32,619 nt of DNA, from positions 1-32,619 of the forward strand of contig DATIAI010000185.1 in NCBI GenBank assembly GCA_035458065.1, given 5' to 3'. The translations under genes were made by a program, and so were the position numbers. This stretch comes from Algoriphagus sp. Lineage in GTDB: Bacteria; Bacteroidota; Bacteroidia; Cytophagales; Cyclobacteriaceae. The notes under the pieces were generated by a model. That model was not told the origin of the DNA, made no database searches, and saw only the letters and a list, made by a program, of their open reading frames with translations. Below, piece after piece: positions 15,619 through 24,070 of the stretch (position 1 is the first letter of the stretch; the number at the start of each line of letters is the position of its first letter).

Positions 15619-17946
15619 CTTTCCGTCCTGGATTAGCCCTTTTTTCGGAATGACGGTTACCCGAATCGCTTTCATCCCATGGACACCCTGCATATCTTCC
15701 AGCTCGAGCTGTTCGATCTCTTCCTCCAAAATCTGCTTGTTCTGGAAAAAATGAATGAAATCCAAATACTCTTTGGCATCCTTAGGTTGTGAATAGACAA
15801 TCGCCACCTTTCCGGGCTGCACCAGCCGTTCATTGGTCCCTTTGATCAGGGCTTTATCGATGCGTTTTTTAATGATTTCGTAGCGGATATTATAAGCTCC
15901 CTCTACGTCAAACTTGCGTTCATCCAGTCTAAAGCTAATTGTCAATGGTGCGCTGTGGGCCAATATCAATTGTGTGGTTTCGAGTCTCCTGTCCAAAGAA
16001 GGTGCTTTTTCCCTTACCAAATTCACGATTTCAATCAGGGTTTGAAGCTGCCAAAGCCTTAAATTCTTGAGGTAAATCGGGTCAAACTTTCTGTCTTTGA
16101 CCAAGGATTGCCCGATGTAAATATTGTATTCGATTCCGTCCGTTTTAAACTTCTCGAAGTAATGGGGAAACATCAGTTGAATCTTGGCTTCTTCCCGGTC
16201 CAAATACTGGCCAACAGCTTGATTAATCTCTTTCAGGCTTTGTTCAAATGCCTTTCTGTGAATGTACACGATCCCCATCTGAGGATCAAGCGCCTCGAAA
16301 TACTCCTCCACAGCCGGAGCTAAATCCGGGAAAGTCTGGCTCAAATGTCTGAAAGTCGGATCCAAATCCTGGTGGAAAAACTCCGTGATTCTCACTTCTT
16401 CCTCACTCAAAAGGATCAGTTGGGTTCGCTGCTCGAACTCCTCGATTTTCTCCACCATCCGGTCTAAAAGAGGTAAGTAATGAAGGGCACTGGCATCCTT
16501 CAGAATCTTTTTGGCCAAACTCAATTGAATCAAAAAGTCATCATGGATGGCATTGTTTCGTTCAAGTGTGGAATTTTTGACATCTACAGCCCCATACAAA
16601 GGAAATACGTCCTGAAAATTGATTGGGGAAATTTCAGGAGTTGTCCCCTGCTCCTCAGCCAAAGCATAATCCAGGGCGATCTCATCAAACTTCCACTCCA
16701 CGACTGGATGAATTGCTGTAAAATTCTTCCGTATAAAGGATTTGATTTTGTAATCCAGCTGGGCAGCCTGTCTGGAAAATGCAAGTGAAAGCGAAGGCGC
16801 CAGCATATCCAATTGATGCAATATGATTGGGTCAAAAGCATCATTTTGGAGAGAGCATATTTCCAAAACTCCAACTAGATTTCCTTTGTGCTTGAGTGGA
16901 TAAAGAATTACCTCCTTCACACCCATCTCAATTACCTTGGACATGAAGCTACTTTCGGAATTCTCCGCAGACAATTCGTTAAGAATGACAGGTTTTTGGA
17001 TTGCAGTAAGAAAATTGACGATGCCTTGATAGGGAAGTTCACAATTCGCATTGCAGAGCATCTTTAGGATATAGCTGTTTGCAATTCGACTTTTGGAAAA
17101 AACCAGCTTTCCTCTGATTTGCTGAAGAGAGGCTAATCCTACTTTTAGATCCGGGTTTCCAATCAAAGATTTCACCGAATCCTCCACTACCTCGACAAAT
17201 TCCTCATTGGAAATTTCATCCTGATTAAGGACTGCTTCATTCAGTTTGGCCACACTTTGGGACACGGTGATGTCCTGAGCCTCCAGCAGGACAAAACCAC
17301 TGAATTCAAACAAACTCAGCGGTAAAACTTTCATCCAGTTTTCAAGATCGTAGTGATCAGGAATGGAACAGGAGCATAACTCATCCGGGTTTTGAATATT
17401 TGGCAAAGGAGCCTTGGCAGTCACTTTTACAAATTGAAGATTGATCTGAATCTGAAAATGCCTGGTAATTCCGTCGGGTTGGCGGTATTTGAATATCAGG
17501 GGATGGATTTTGTTGATTTTCATCCCATAGATCTGATCAATGATCAGGCTATAGATGTGAAGCATTTTGTTAAAATGGATCTTATTAATATCCAGATTTT
17601 CCGGGATTTTCATGGTGCCATCTTCATGGAGAAAAATCTCTTTGAATACAGGCGTAGCGTAGAGCGGATTGAAATCAAACGGGGCAGAAAGTGACAAAAT
17701 CCGATTTTCTTCCTGGCCGGAAAGAGGAAAAAGCGAGCCCAATATCAAACCAAAACCCAAGAAATTTTCTGACTTTTTCAGTGCTTCAGGATCCACAGGA
17801 CTTTGGTTTAAGTCTGGAAATTCCTTCATTCTGAGCGATAGATCCCGATAAAGACAAGTGTCAGCTTTGGTTGTATCAGCTAGTTTTTCCCATTGGTTGA
17901 AAAGTAGCTGAAAATCCAGGTGGGCGGAATATGGGGAATTGATCAT
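15586..17946 (-). CDS. GAF domain protein with putative divergent class III nucleotidyl cyclase C-terminal domain
   Basis: GAF signature VKEVILYPLKHKGNLVGVLEICS...AFD. C-terminal motifs YGAVDVKNST, FEKFKTDG, RKFDVEGAYN, PGKVAI and MQGVHGMKA. The CDS and GAF calls are firm; the cyclase call is inference. Confidence 0.8.
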   Translation of the reverse strand: MINSPYSAHLDFQLLFNQWEKLADTTKADTCLYRDLSLRMKEFPDLNQSPVDPEALKKSENFLGFGLILGSLFPLSGQEENRILSLSAPFDFNPLYATPVFKEIFLHEDGTMKIPENLDINKIHFNKMLHIYSLIIDQIYGMKINKIHPLIFKYRQPDGITRHFQIQINLQFVKVTAKAPLPNIQNPDELCSCSIPDHYDLENWMKVLPLSLFEFSGFVLLEAQDITVSQSVAKLNEAVLNQDEISNEEFVEVVEDSVKSLIGNPDLKVGLASLQQIRGKLVFSKSRIANSYILKMLCNANCELPYQGIVNFLTAIQKPVILNELSAENSESSFMSKVIEMGVKEVILYPLKHKGNLVGVLEICSLQNDAFDPIILHQLDMLAPSLSLAFSRQAAQLDYKIKSFIRKNFTAIHPVVEWKFDEIALDYALAEEQGTTPEISPINFQDVFPLYGAVDVKNSTLERNNAIHDDFLIQLSLAKKILKDASALHYLPLLDRMVEKIEEFEQRTQLILLSEEEVRITEFFHQDLDPTFRHLSQTFPDLAPAVEEYFEALDPQMGIVYIHRKAFEQSLKEINQAVGQYLDREEAKIQLMFPHYFEKFKTDGIEYNIYIGQSLVKDRKFDPIYLKNLRLWQLQTLIEIVNLVREKAPSLDRRLETTQLILAHSAPLTISFRLDERKFDVEGAYNIRYEIIKKRIDKALIKGTNERLVQPGKVAIVYSQPKDAKEYLDFIHFFQNKQILEEEIEQLELEDMQGVHGMKAIRVTVIPKKGLIQDGKSELVSETEKR

Positions 17947-18216
17947 ACAAAGGGAGATAAAAAGAGATCCAGTATTGATCCTAAATACTTGAATAGAAGT
18001 GAAATAGTTCCGAAAATTTAAAATTTGAATCCGCCGGTGTTAAATCTTTGATTCCAACTGAAGTTTTCGAAATGATTTTTGGCTCAATTCGTTTATCTAC
18101 GGCAATTTTCAGGAGGCTCAAAAATTCAAAAAAACCTCGATTTGGAGATTAAGTAGGAGTCAAAAAAATTAACTAATTCTGTTCCCCTGTAAAGAGAACA
18201 AACCAAGGATCTCAAG

Positions 18217-18257
18217 AAAAATAAAAGGCCTTACTGAAACGATTTTCAGTAAGGCCT
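18217..18257 (-). terminator. Intrinsic terminator of the GMC operon
   Basis: Perfect 14-bp stem AGGCCTTACTGAAA/TTTCAGTAAGGCCT (18226-18257) with a T-rich tail on the minus strand. Confidence 0.8.
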
Positions 18258-18308
18258 CAAATTTTGATCAGAAAATTCCGCCTATTCTTTGGCTGTTAAA
18301 TCAGGGAA

Positions 18309-19013
18309 TTAAGAAATCAAATTTCCCTGATCGTCCCATTCGGCAATGCTTCCTCTTCCTTCTGGAGTTAGATAAACGCTGAGATATTTTTCATCCAAGG
18401 CAAGTCCGTATTGGTCCATGACATCCTGAGGGACACCATCCCATACATTTGGTTGGTTGCCGACATAGCCGATGTCTTTGAAGCCGATCTCGGTCGTGTA
18501 AAAGCCAGAAACAGTCATGTTTCTAAGCAAATTGAAGAACTTCACTCCCTGTGCCACTTCCGGAGCGGCTTTGTCCGGCCAGGCAATTTCCTCTATAATC
18601 TGCATTCTTTCCCCTTCGGAAATTTCAGCAAAGGGTTTGGAAAAACGCTCATAGGCCTGCAAGTTGATCCACATCAATCCGCCTCTGAAGGCAGTCTGAT
18701 TGCCGGGCTGATCCTTAAGCATAAACTCAATATAATCTGGAACTTTCGCATCAGTTGCACTTCCCGAAACCGCGTCTTTGGGAATCACAATATCCACTAG
18801 AATACTGACCAAAGCCATTTCCTGCTCGGTCAAAAACTTGTCAGAAAGGAGCGCATTGTCCCGTTCGATTTCTTCCGGAACTCTACCGCCGGGAGTTCCC
18901 AGGATTTTTGGTGAGAGGTCGGCAATCTTTTCCTCCGGACTGCAGGCTGTCAAGATCAACCCTGTCCCCAAAGAACCCGCGAATAAAAGCTTTAGATTTT
19001 CTCTTCTGTTCAT
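18309..19013 (-). CDS. Gluconate 2-dehydrogenase subunit 3 family protein (Tat-exported partner subunit)
   Basis: MNRRENLK twin-arginine-like signal with LTAC lipobox; DIVIP...SGSATDAKVPDYIE; FF.LLR.MT.SGFYTTEIG...IGYVGN. Confidence 0.9.
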   Translation of the reverse strand: MNRRENLKLLFAGSLGTGLILTACSPEEKIADLSPKILGTPGGRVPEEIERDNALLSDKFLTEQEMALVSILVDIVIPKDAVSGSATDAKVPDYIEFMLKDQPGNQTAFRGGLMWINLQAYERFSKPFAEISEGERMQIIEEIAWPDKAAPEVAQGVKFFNLLRNMTVSGFYTTEIGFKDIGYVGNQPNVWDGVPQDVMDQYGLALDEKYLSVYLTPEGRGSIAEWDDQGNLIS

Positions 19014-19024
19014 GATTCTTGTGA

Positions 19025-20767
19025 TTAAAGGTTTTTGCTTTTCATTTCATTGATGATAAAATCGGAGGTTCTCCAGGAAAGCGCAAGAATAGTCCAGGTA
19101 GGATTCTTGTCAGCCTGAGAGACGAAAGGACCTGCATCCACCACAAACAGGTTTTTGCAATCATGTGTCTGGCAGTTTGAATTCACAACCGAAGTTGACT
19201 TGTCATCGCCCATTCGCGTAGTACCCACTTCGTGGATGATCCTTCCCGGAGCCAAAAGTCCGTATTGGGTCTCAGGTCCAGGTTTTGTTCCCAGCAGTTT
19301 TGCCCCTGAGCTCAGCAGCAATTCCTCAAAAGTATCCTGCATGTGCTTGGCCTGCTTGATTTCATTGTCTGTCCAGTTGTAGTTGAATCTCAGCACCGGA
19401 ATACCATATTTATCCACTACGTTCGGGTCAATTTCGCAGTAGTTGTCGTACTGGGGCACACTTTCTCCTCTTCCTGACATACTTACTGTACTTCCGTACA
19501 GCGTCCTGATGTCTCTTTTCAAACCTTCGCCGTAGCCACCGTTAGGACTTGGTTTGCCAAACTCATCCTCCACGTGTTTTCTGATCACATCCATATTGGA
19601 TCCAAAACCATAGGATGGCATGCCCAATCCCCCACCATACTCGATGTGATAGCCACGGGCAAAATCAAGTTTTTTGTTATCCAGCCACCAAGGGGAATAA
19701 ATGTGATTGCTGCCTACTCCGTCTTCATTGTATCGCTTGCGGTCCATCATTTCAGGAATAATTCCCGATCTGCCTGCTCCTGTCGAATCATGAAGGTATC
19801 GACCGAGCATTCCGCTAGAATTGCCAATGCCATCCGGGTGAATGGTGGACTTGGAGTTGAACATGATACGTGCAGATTCGCAGGCGGAAGCTCCAAGCAC
19901 TACGATCCTGCCTTTCAGTTTGTACTCCTGCATATCCCGCTTGTCTACATAGGAAACTCCAGTAGCCAAACCTGATGCATCGGTTGTCACCTTTCTGACC
20001 ATGCAATGGGTGAACAAATCCACCTGACCGGACTTCATGGCTGGCTTCACCAGCACCGTACTTGCCGAAAAATCTGCATGGACCTGGCAGCCCCGATTAC
20101 ATTGCCTACAGAAAAAGCAAACGCCGCGATCCTTATTGATAGGCTTGGTGAGGATGGACAAACGGGCAGGGATGACCGGAATATTGAGCTTTTTGCCACC
20201 TTTCATCATAAACATCTCATGCAATCTCGGTTTGGGAGGTGGAAGAAAAAGCCCATCCGGCTCATTTCTCATGCCCTCTTTAGAACCAAAAACTCCGATG
20301 AGTTTATCTACTTTATCGTAATAGGGCTTGACGTCATCATAACCAATAGGCCAGTTGTCACCCAAGCCGTCTATGCTTTTTCTCTTGAAATCATCCGGTC
20401 CAAAACGAAGGGAAATTCTTCCCCAGTGGTTGGTTCTGCCACCCAGCATTCTGGATCTAAACCAATCGAATTGTGTCCCGTTTTTTCGTGTATAGGGTTC
20501 GTCCGGCATCTCCCAGCCACCGATTGCCGCATCAAAATCGCCAAAAGGTCTTAGTTGGGTGCTTGCTCCTCTACGGGGTGATTCCCAGGGAAATCTCAAC
20601 TGAGTCCGGTCTTCTTCTTTAGCCGGATCCCAGTCACCGCCAGCCTCAACCACGGCCACAGTAAGCCCAGCCTCTGCCAGAATTTTTGTAGCCATCCCCC
20701 CACCTGCACCTGAGCCTACAATAATGACATCATAGGAGTCCTTACTTGGTTTTATTTGAAAACTCAT
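19025..20767 (-). CDS. GMC-family FAD oxidoreductase (glycoside 3-dehydrogenase-like)
   Basis: YDVIIVGSGAGG Rossmann motif, LGGRTNHWGR, Cys cluster CFFCRQCNRGC, IHEVGTTRMG and NPTWTILAL. Confidence 0.93.
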   Translation of the reverse strand: MSFQIKPSKDSYDVIIVGSGAGGGMATKILAEAGLTVAVVEAGGDWDPAKEEDRTQLRFPWESPRRGASTQLRPFGDFDAAIGGWEMPDEPYTRKNGTQFDWFRSRMLGGRTNHWGRISLRFGPDDFKRKSIDGLGDNWPIGYDDVKPYYDKVDKLIGVFGSKEGMRNEPDGLFLPPPKPRLHEMFMMKGGKKLNIPVIPARLSILTKPINKDRGVCFFCRQCNRGCQVHADFSASTVLVKPAMKSGQVDLFTHCMVRKVTTDASGLATGVSYVDKRDMQEYKLKGRIVVLGASACESARIMFNSKSTIHPDGIGNSSGMLGRYLHDSTGAGRSGIIPEMMDRKRYNEDGVGSNHIYSPWWLDNKKLDFARGYHIEYGGGLGMPSYGFGSNMDVIRKHVEDEFGKPSPNGGYGEGLKRDIRTLYGSTVSMSGRGESVPQYDNYCEIDPNVVDKYGIPVLRFNYNWTDNEIKQAKHMQDTFEELLLSSGAKLLGTKPGPETQYGLLAPGRIIHEVGTTRMGDDKSTSVVNSNCQTHDCKNLFVVDAGPFVSQADKNPTWTILALSWRTSDFIINEMKSKNL

Positions 20768-20854
20768 GTTTTTTAAATGTTATATGGTTTTTGATTAGGT
20801 GATTATAGGATTTTATGCCAGTAAACTTATTTCGTTCTAATTCTTGGCCTGAAG

Positions 20855-20878
20855 AGACCGGAGACTGAAGACCGAAGA
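20855..20878 (+). repeat. Short degenerate heptamer tandem AGACCGG-AGACTGA-AGACCGA-AGA
   Basis: Three 7-mers plus a partial unit in the gfo-GMC intergenic region. Confidence 0.4.
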
Positions 20879-21018
20879 AGTGAAGCCTGCCAATTAATGA
20901 AATCCAAGTATGTTTTTTCAATGCTGGCAAAGTAGCAGATAATCCTATTCGAAAATTCCTCAGGGAGGAATCCCAAAGGAATACTTCGTATTATCTGAAA
21001 TAGGCTATTTGAAACCTC

Positions 21019-22380
21019 TTAAACTTCCCAGCCTTTTCTGTATTTCCGTGACAAATACTTTTCAGCCTCGGGATGGTTGGGAATTTTCATCTTTTCAGCA
21101 TCCCACTCCAAATCTTTTTGAGGCTCTCTAATTGCAACAGTGCCGAGGATAATCGCCTCGGTCATTGGACCGGATTGGGCAAAATGACTTTCTGTTTGCG
21201 TTTTACCCAAGCATGCATCCACAAAGTGATGATAATGATCTCTATCCTCCATTTCAGGGTAAGTGACCTGCTGAAATTTACTTTCCGGAAGTAAAACCGG
21301 CATTTTGGTATGCGGGATCAATAAAGCCCCTTCTGTCCCTACCAGCATAGCTGATTCTGCAGGATATTCGTCTCCCGAAAATAATGCTCTTACATCTTCA
21401 GGAGGATAGAATTCCCCATCAAACCACTCCACTTTGAGTTCATCTGATTCGGTCATTTCATTTCCCGGAAAAACCCAAGTGATGTGGTTGCTTTGAGGCC
21501 AGGTATCAGCTCTTCTTTCCGGAGAATTTTGCCAGGATTCCTGTACTCTGGCATGCACTGAAAGCGGTGCTTGAAGCCCCATTCCTTTCCAGACCGCATC
21601 AAAAATATGGCACCCGATATCACCGGACCAGCCGGTACCGAAATCTTGCCATGCTCTCCATTTGGAAGGATGATAAATGGTCGGATTGTAAGGGCGAAGA
21701 GGTGCGGTACCTGTCCAAAGATCCCAATCCACTCCAGCAGGGGGATCTTGGCCACCTACAGGCCGAGGTCCAGGAAATCGATAGGCTTCAGTAGCCCCGG
21801 GCCTGTTTGAGCAGAGATAAACGTTTTTAATTTTTCCGATATGACCTTCTTTGATCCATTGGACTCCAGTACGATCACCTTTTCCAGATGCATGCTGGGT
21901 GCCCAATTGGCTTACAATTCCCTTTTTTATGGCCGCTTTGGTCAATTTTCTGATTTCAGAAACGTCATGACACATAGGTTTTTGGCAATAGACATGCTTG
22001 CCCATGTTAATTGCACTGATGGCAATTGCGAAGTGGTTGTGGTCAGGTACGCTGACATTGATGGAGTCAAAGTTTTTAGACTCTTCCTTTAGCAAAATCC
22101 TCCAGTCTTTATACTGACGGGCATTGGGAACTAGTTCGGCTGCTTTTTGCAACCTTTCATCATCCACGTCGCAGATCGCAACTATTTCAACTTCAGGATG
22201 TGCAATAAATCGCTGCAAATCATGTCTGCCCATCCCCCCTACTCCGATGCAAACATGTCTCAGTTTTTGATCCGGATTCCCAGCTAATGCAGGAATGCTC
22301 AACAATAAAGGAGAAGCAATTAAAGATGCTGTAGTAGCCAGAAACTTTCTTCTGGAACTGCTATGAGAAGTATTTTCCAA
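21019..22380 (-). CDS. Gfo/Idh/MocA family NAD-dependent oxidoreductase, Tat-exported
   Basis: SRRKFL Tat motif; IGVGGMG; VSVPDHNH; KHVYCQKPM; GDIGCHIFD. TTG start. Confidence 0.93.
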   Translation of the reverse strand: MENTSHSSSRRKFLATTASLIASPLLLSIPALAGNPDQKLRHVCIGVGGMGRHDLQRFIAHPEVEIVAICDVDDERLQKAAELVPNARQYKDWRILLKEESKNFDSINVSVPDHNHFAIAISAINMGKHVYCQKPMCHDVSEIRKLTKAAIKKGIVSQLGTQHASGKGDRTGVQWIKEGHIGKIKNVYLCSNRPGATEAYRFPGPRPVGGQDPPAGVDWDLWTGTAPLRPYNPTIYHPSKWRAWQDFGTGWSGDIGCHIFDAVWKGMGLQAPLSVHARVQESWQNSPERRADTWPQSNHITWVFPGNEMTESDELKVEWFDGEFYPPEDVRALFSGDEYPAESAMLVGTEGALLIPHTKMPVLLPESKFQQVTYPEMEDRDHYHHFVDACLGKTQTESHFAQSGPMTEAIILGTVAIREPQKDLEWDAEKMKIPNHPEAEKYLSRKYRKGWEV

Positions 22381-22416
22381 ATTTCAGGGTTTATTGGGTG
22401 ATTGATATCGAAAATT

Positions 22417-22449
22417 CACTTCCCGATTGGAATGACCAACCGGGAAGTG
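22417..22449. terminator. Stem-loop between susD and gfo (terminator or mRNA stabiliser)
   Basis: CACTTCCCGATTGG-AATGA-CCAACCGGGAAGTG, with only a weak U tract on the transcribed (minus) strand. Confidence 0.55.
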
Positions 22450-22486
22450 TTTTTTAAAAATTAATTAAGCTTGATAGCCAATCCAA

Positions 22487-24043
22487 TTAATAGCCGGGGT
22501 TTTGCGGCTGTAAGTTTGGATTATTCTGCATCTCTGGAAGAGGATACGGCATTAACAGGTGCTTAGCCTGAAGTGGCTCGTTTGAGCTTTGATTGATGTG
22601 ACCTACAAAATCATCAAACCCATTGGTGAGTTCGTTATAGACTTTTCTCAAGCGAAGCATATCAAACCATGTAATCTGCTCATAGCAGAGCTCATGCCAT
22701 CTCTCTCTCAATACTGCCTCTCTAAAGGTGTCCTTGGTATATTGTCCAATTGGAGGTGTGGTCAATTTAGCTCTGTCCCTGATTCTTTTCATGCTCTCAT
22801 AAGCCAAATCATTGGGTCCGCTAAGTTCGTTCTGAGCCTCTGCATAGATCAACAATACCTCAGCAAACCTGATTAAAGGCACATTAAGGTTGTTGTTGCG
22901 TGTACCAGGTACTCCCTCAGCTCCCAAGGCCGTCTGATTGAAGTGCTTGAAAATATATGGAGCACCCAAATCAAACCGAGCTCCGCTTCCATTGGTAAAA
23001 TAGGTCGTATAGAAAAATCCTTTTTGATCAACAACCCTCAAGTCTCCATCTTCATAAGAATTGTAAAATTCTATGGTAGGAACGGTACTTCCCGTGCCAG
23101 ATGGACCTGCAAAAGTTACAGGTTTAAAGTTCGGGAACATGTTGTTCATCGGATTTCCGGCTACCACCACATTGTATTGGAGCATGAAAATATGCTCGAC
23201 CCTGTTGTCCAGTTTCTCATCATGTAGATTGGCATAATCAGGAAACAAGTTCAATGAAAGCGGATTACTCTTGGAATAATTGATCACCTCTTCGGCTTTT
23301 TCTGCAGCAAGTTGATAATGCGAAGCACCTTTACTGAGCGGAAAACCAGCCATAGTCAGGTAAACTTGGGCCATAAGGGATTTCGTGGCAGCTAAAGTAG
23401 CTCGACCACTGACATCCATCCATGGGAATCCGGCCACCTCTGCAACTTTGAGATCCTCTACTATCAAGTCGTAAACCGCCTCTTTAGATGCTGGAGCAGG
23501 CTTGAAATCTTCAGAAGCAGCTGTCTGGGGCAAAGTAATTAACGGCACATCACCCCAAAGTCTCACCAGGTAGAAATAGGCCCAAGCCCTGAGGAATCTT
23601 GCTTCTCCAAGTACCTTTTTCTTTTGGTTTTCATCCATTGGAGTGATACCTGGTACTTTGTCCAAGACCAAATTGGCATTGGCGATCACTCTATAGAGGC
23701 CATTCCAATAATTGATGATGTGCTGGGTTCTCCCATCGTACACCAAACCGTACAGGTTGTTCAGATCAGAGTTTTGCGCAGTTTCTGTTGTTGAAGTCCC
23801 TGTAGGAGCTTCCAGCAATTGCCAAGTGGAAGAGAAAATCCCACCGTCCCCGCCAATAAATCTCGTGTCGGCATAGACTGCAGCAAGTGCGGCCTCGGCG
23901 TGATCAGGAATCGTGTAATAGCTTTCAGGTGTCAGGTTGGAAGGATCCTGTTCCTCAAGGAAATCTGAACAACCAACGATTCCGGTCATAAAAGCCCCTG
24001 CAAAGAGCAGGCTGAACGCTTTATAAAATCTGTTATTTTTCAT
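22487..24043 (-). CDS. susD: RagB/SusD family nutrient-binding lipoprotein
   Basis: Lipobox VGC; GEARFLRAWAYFYLVRLWGDVP; IRFAEVLLIYAEA; ERWHELCYE...WFDMLR; QNPGY C-terminus. Confidence 0.95.
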   Translation of the reverse strand: MKNNRFYKAFSLLFAGAFMTGIVGCSDFLEEQDPSNLTPESYYTIPDHAEAALAAVYADTRFIGGDGGIFSSTWQLLEAPTGTSTTETAQNSDLNNLYGLVYDGRTQHIINYWNGLYRVIANANLVLDKVPGITPMDENQKKKVLGEARFLRAWAYFYLVRLWGDVPLITLPQTAASEDFKPAPASKEAVYDLIVEDLKVAEVAGFPWMDVSGRATLAATKSLMAQVYLTMAGFPLSKGASHYQLAAEKAEEVINYSKSNPLSLNLFPDYANLHDEKLDNRVEHIFMLQYNVVVAGNPMNNMFPNFKPVTFAGPSGTGSTVPTIEFYNSYEDGDLRVVDQKGFFYTTYFTNGSGARFDLGAPYIFKHFNQTALGAEGVPGTRNNNLNVPLIRFAEVLLIYAEAQNELSGPNDLAYESMKRIRDRAKLTTPPIGQYTKDTFREAVLRERWHELCYEQITWFDMLRLRKVYNELTNGFDDFVGHINQSSNEPLQAKHLLMPYPLPEMQNNPNLQPQNPGY

Positions 24044-24070
24044 TTTTAAATCTCTTTAAGTAAAACAGGA

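Noticed and set aside
20851-20880. Heptamer repeats as a CRISPR or functional array
   Set aside because: Only three degenerate 7-mers, with no spacers and no cas genes.
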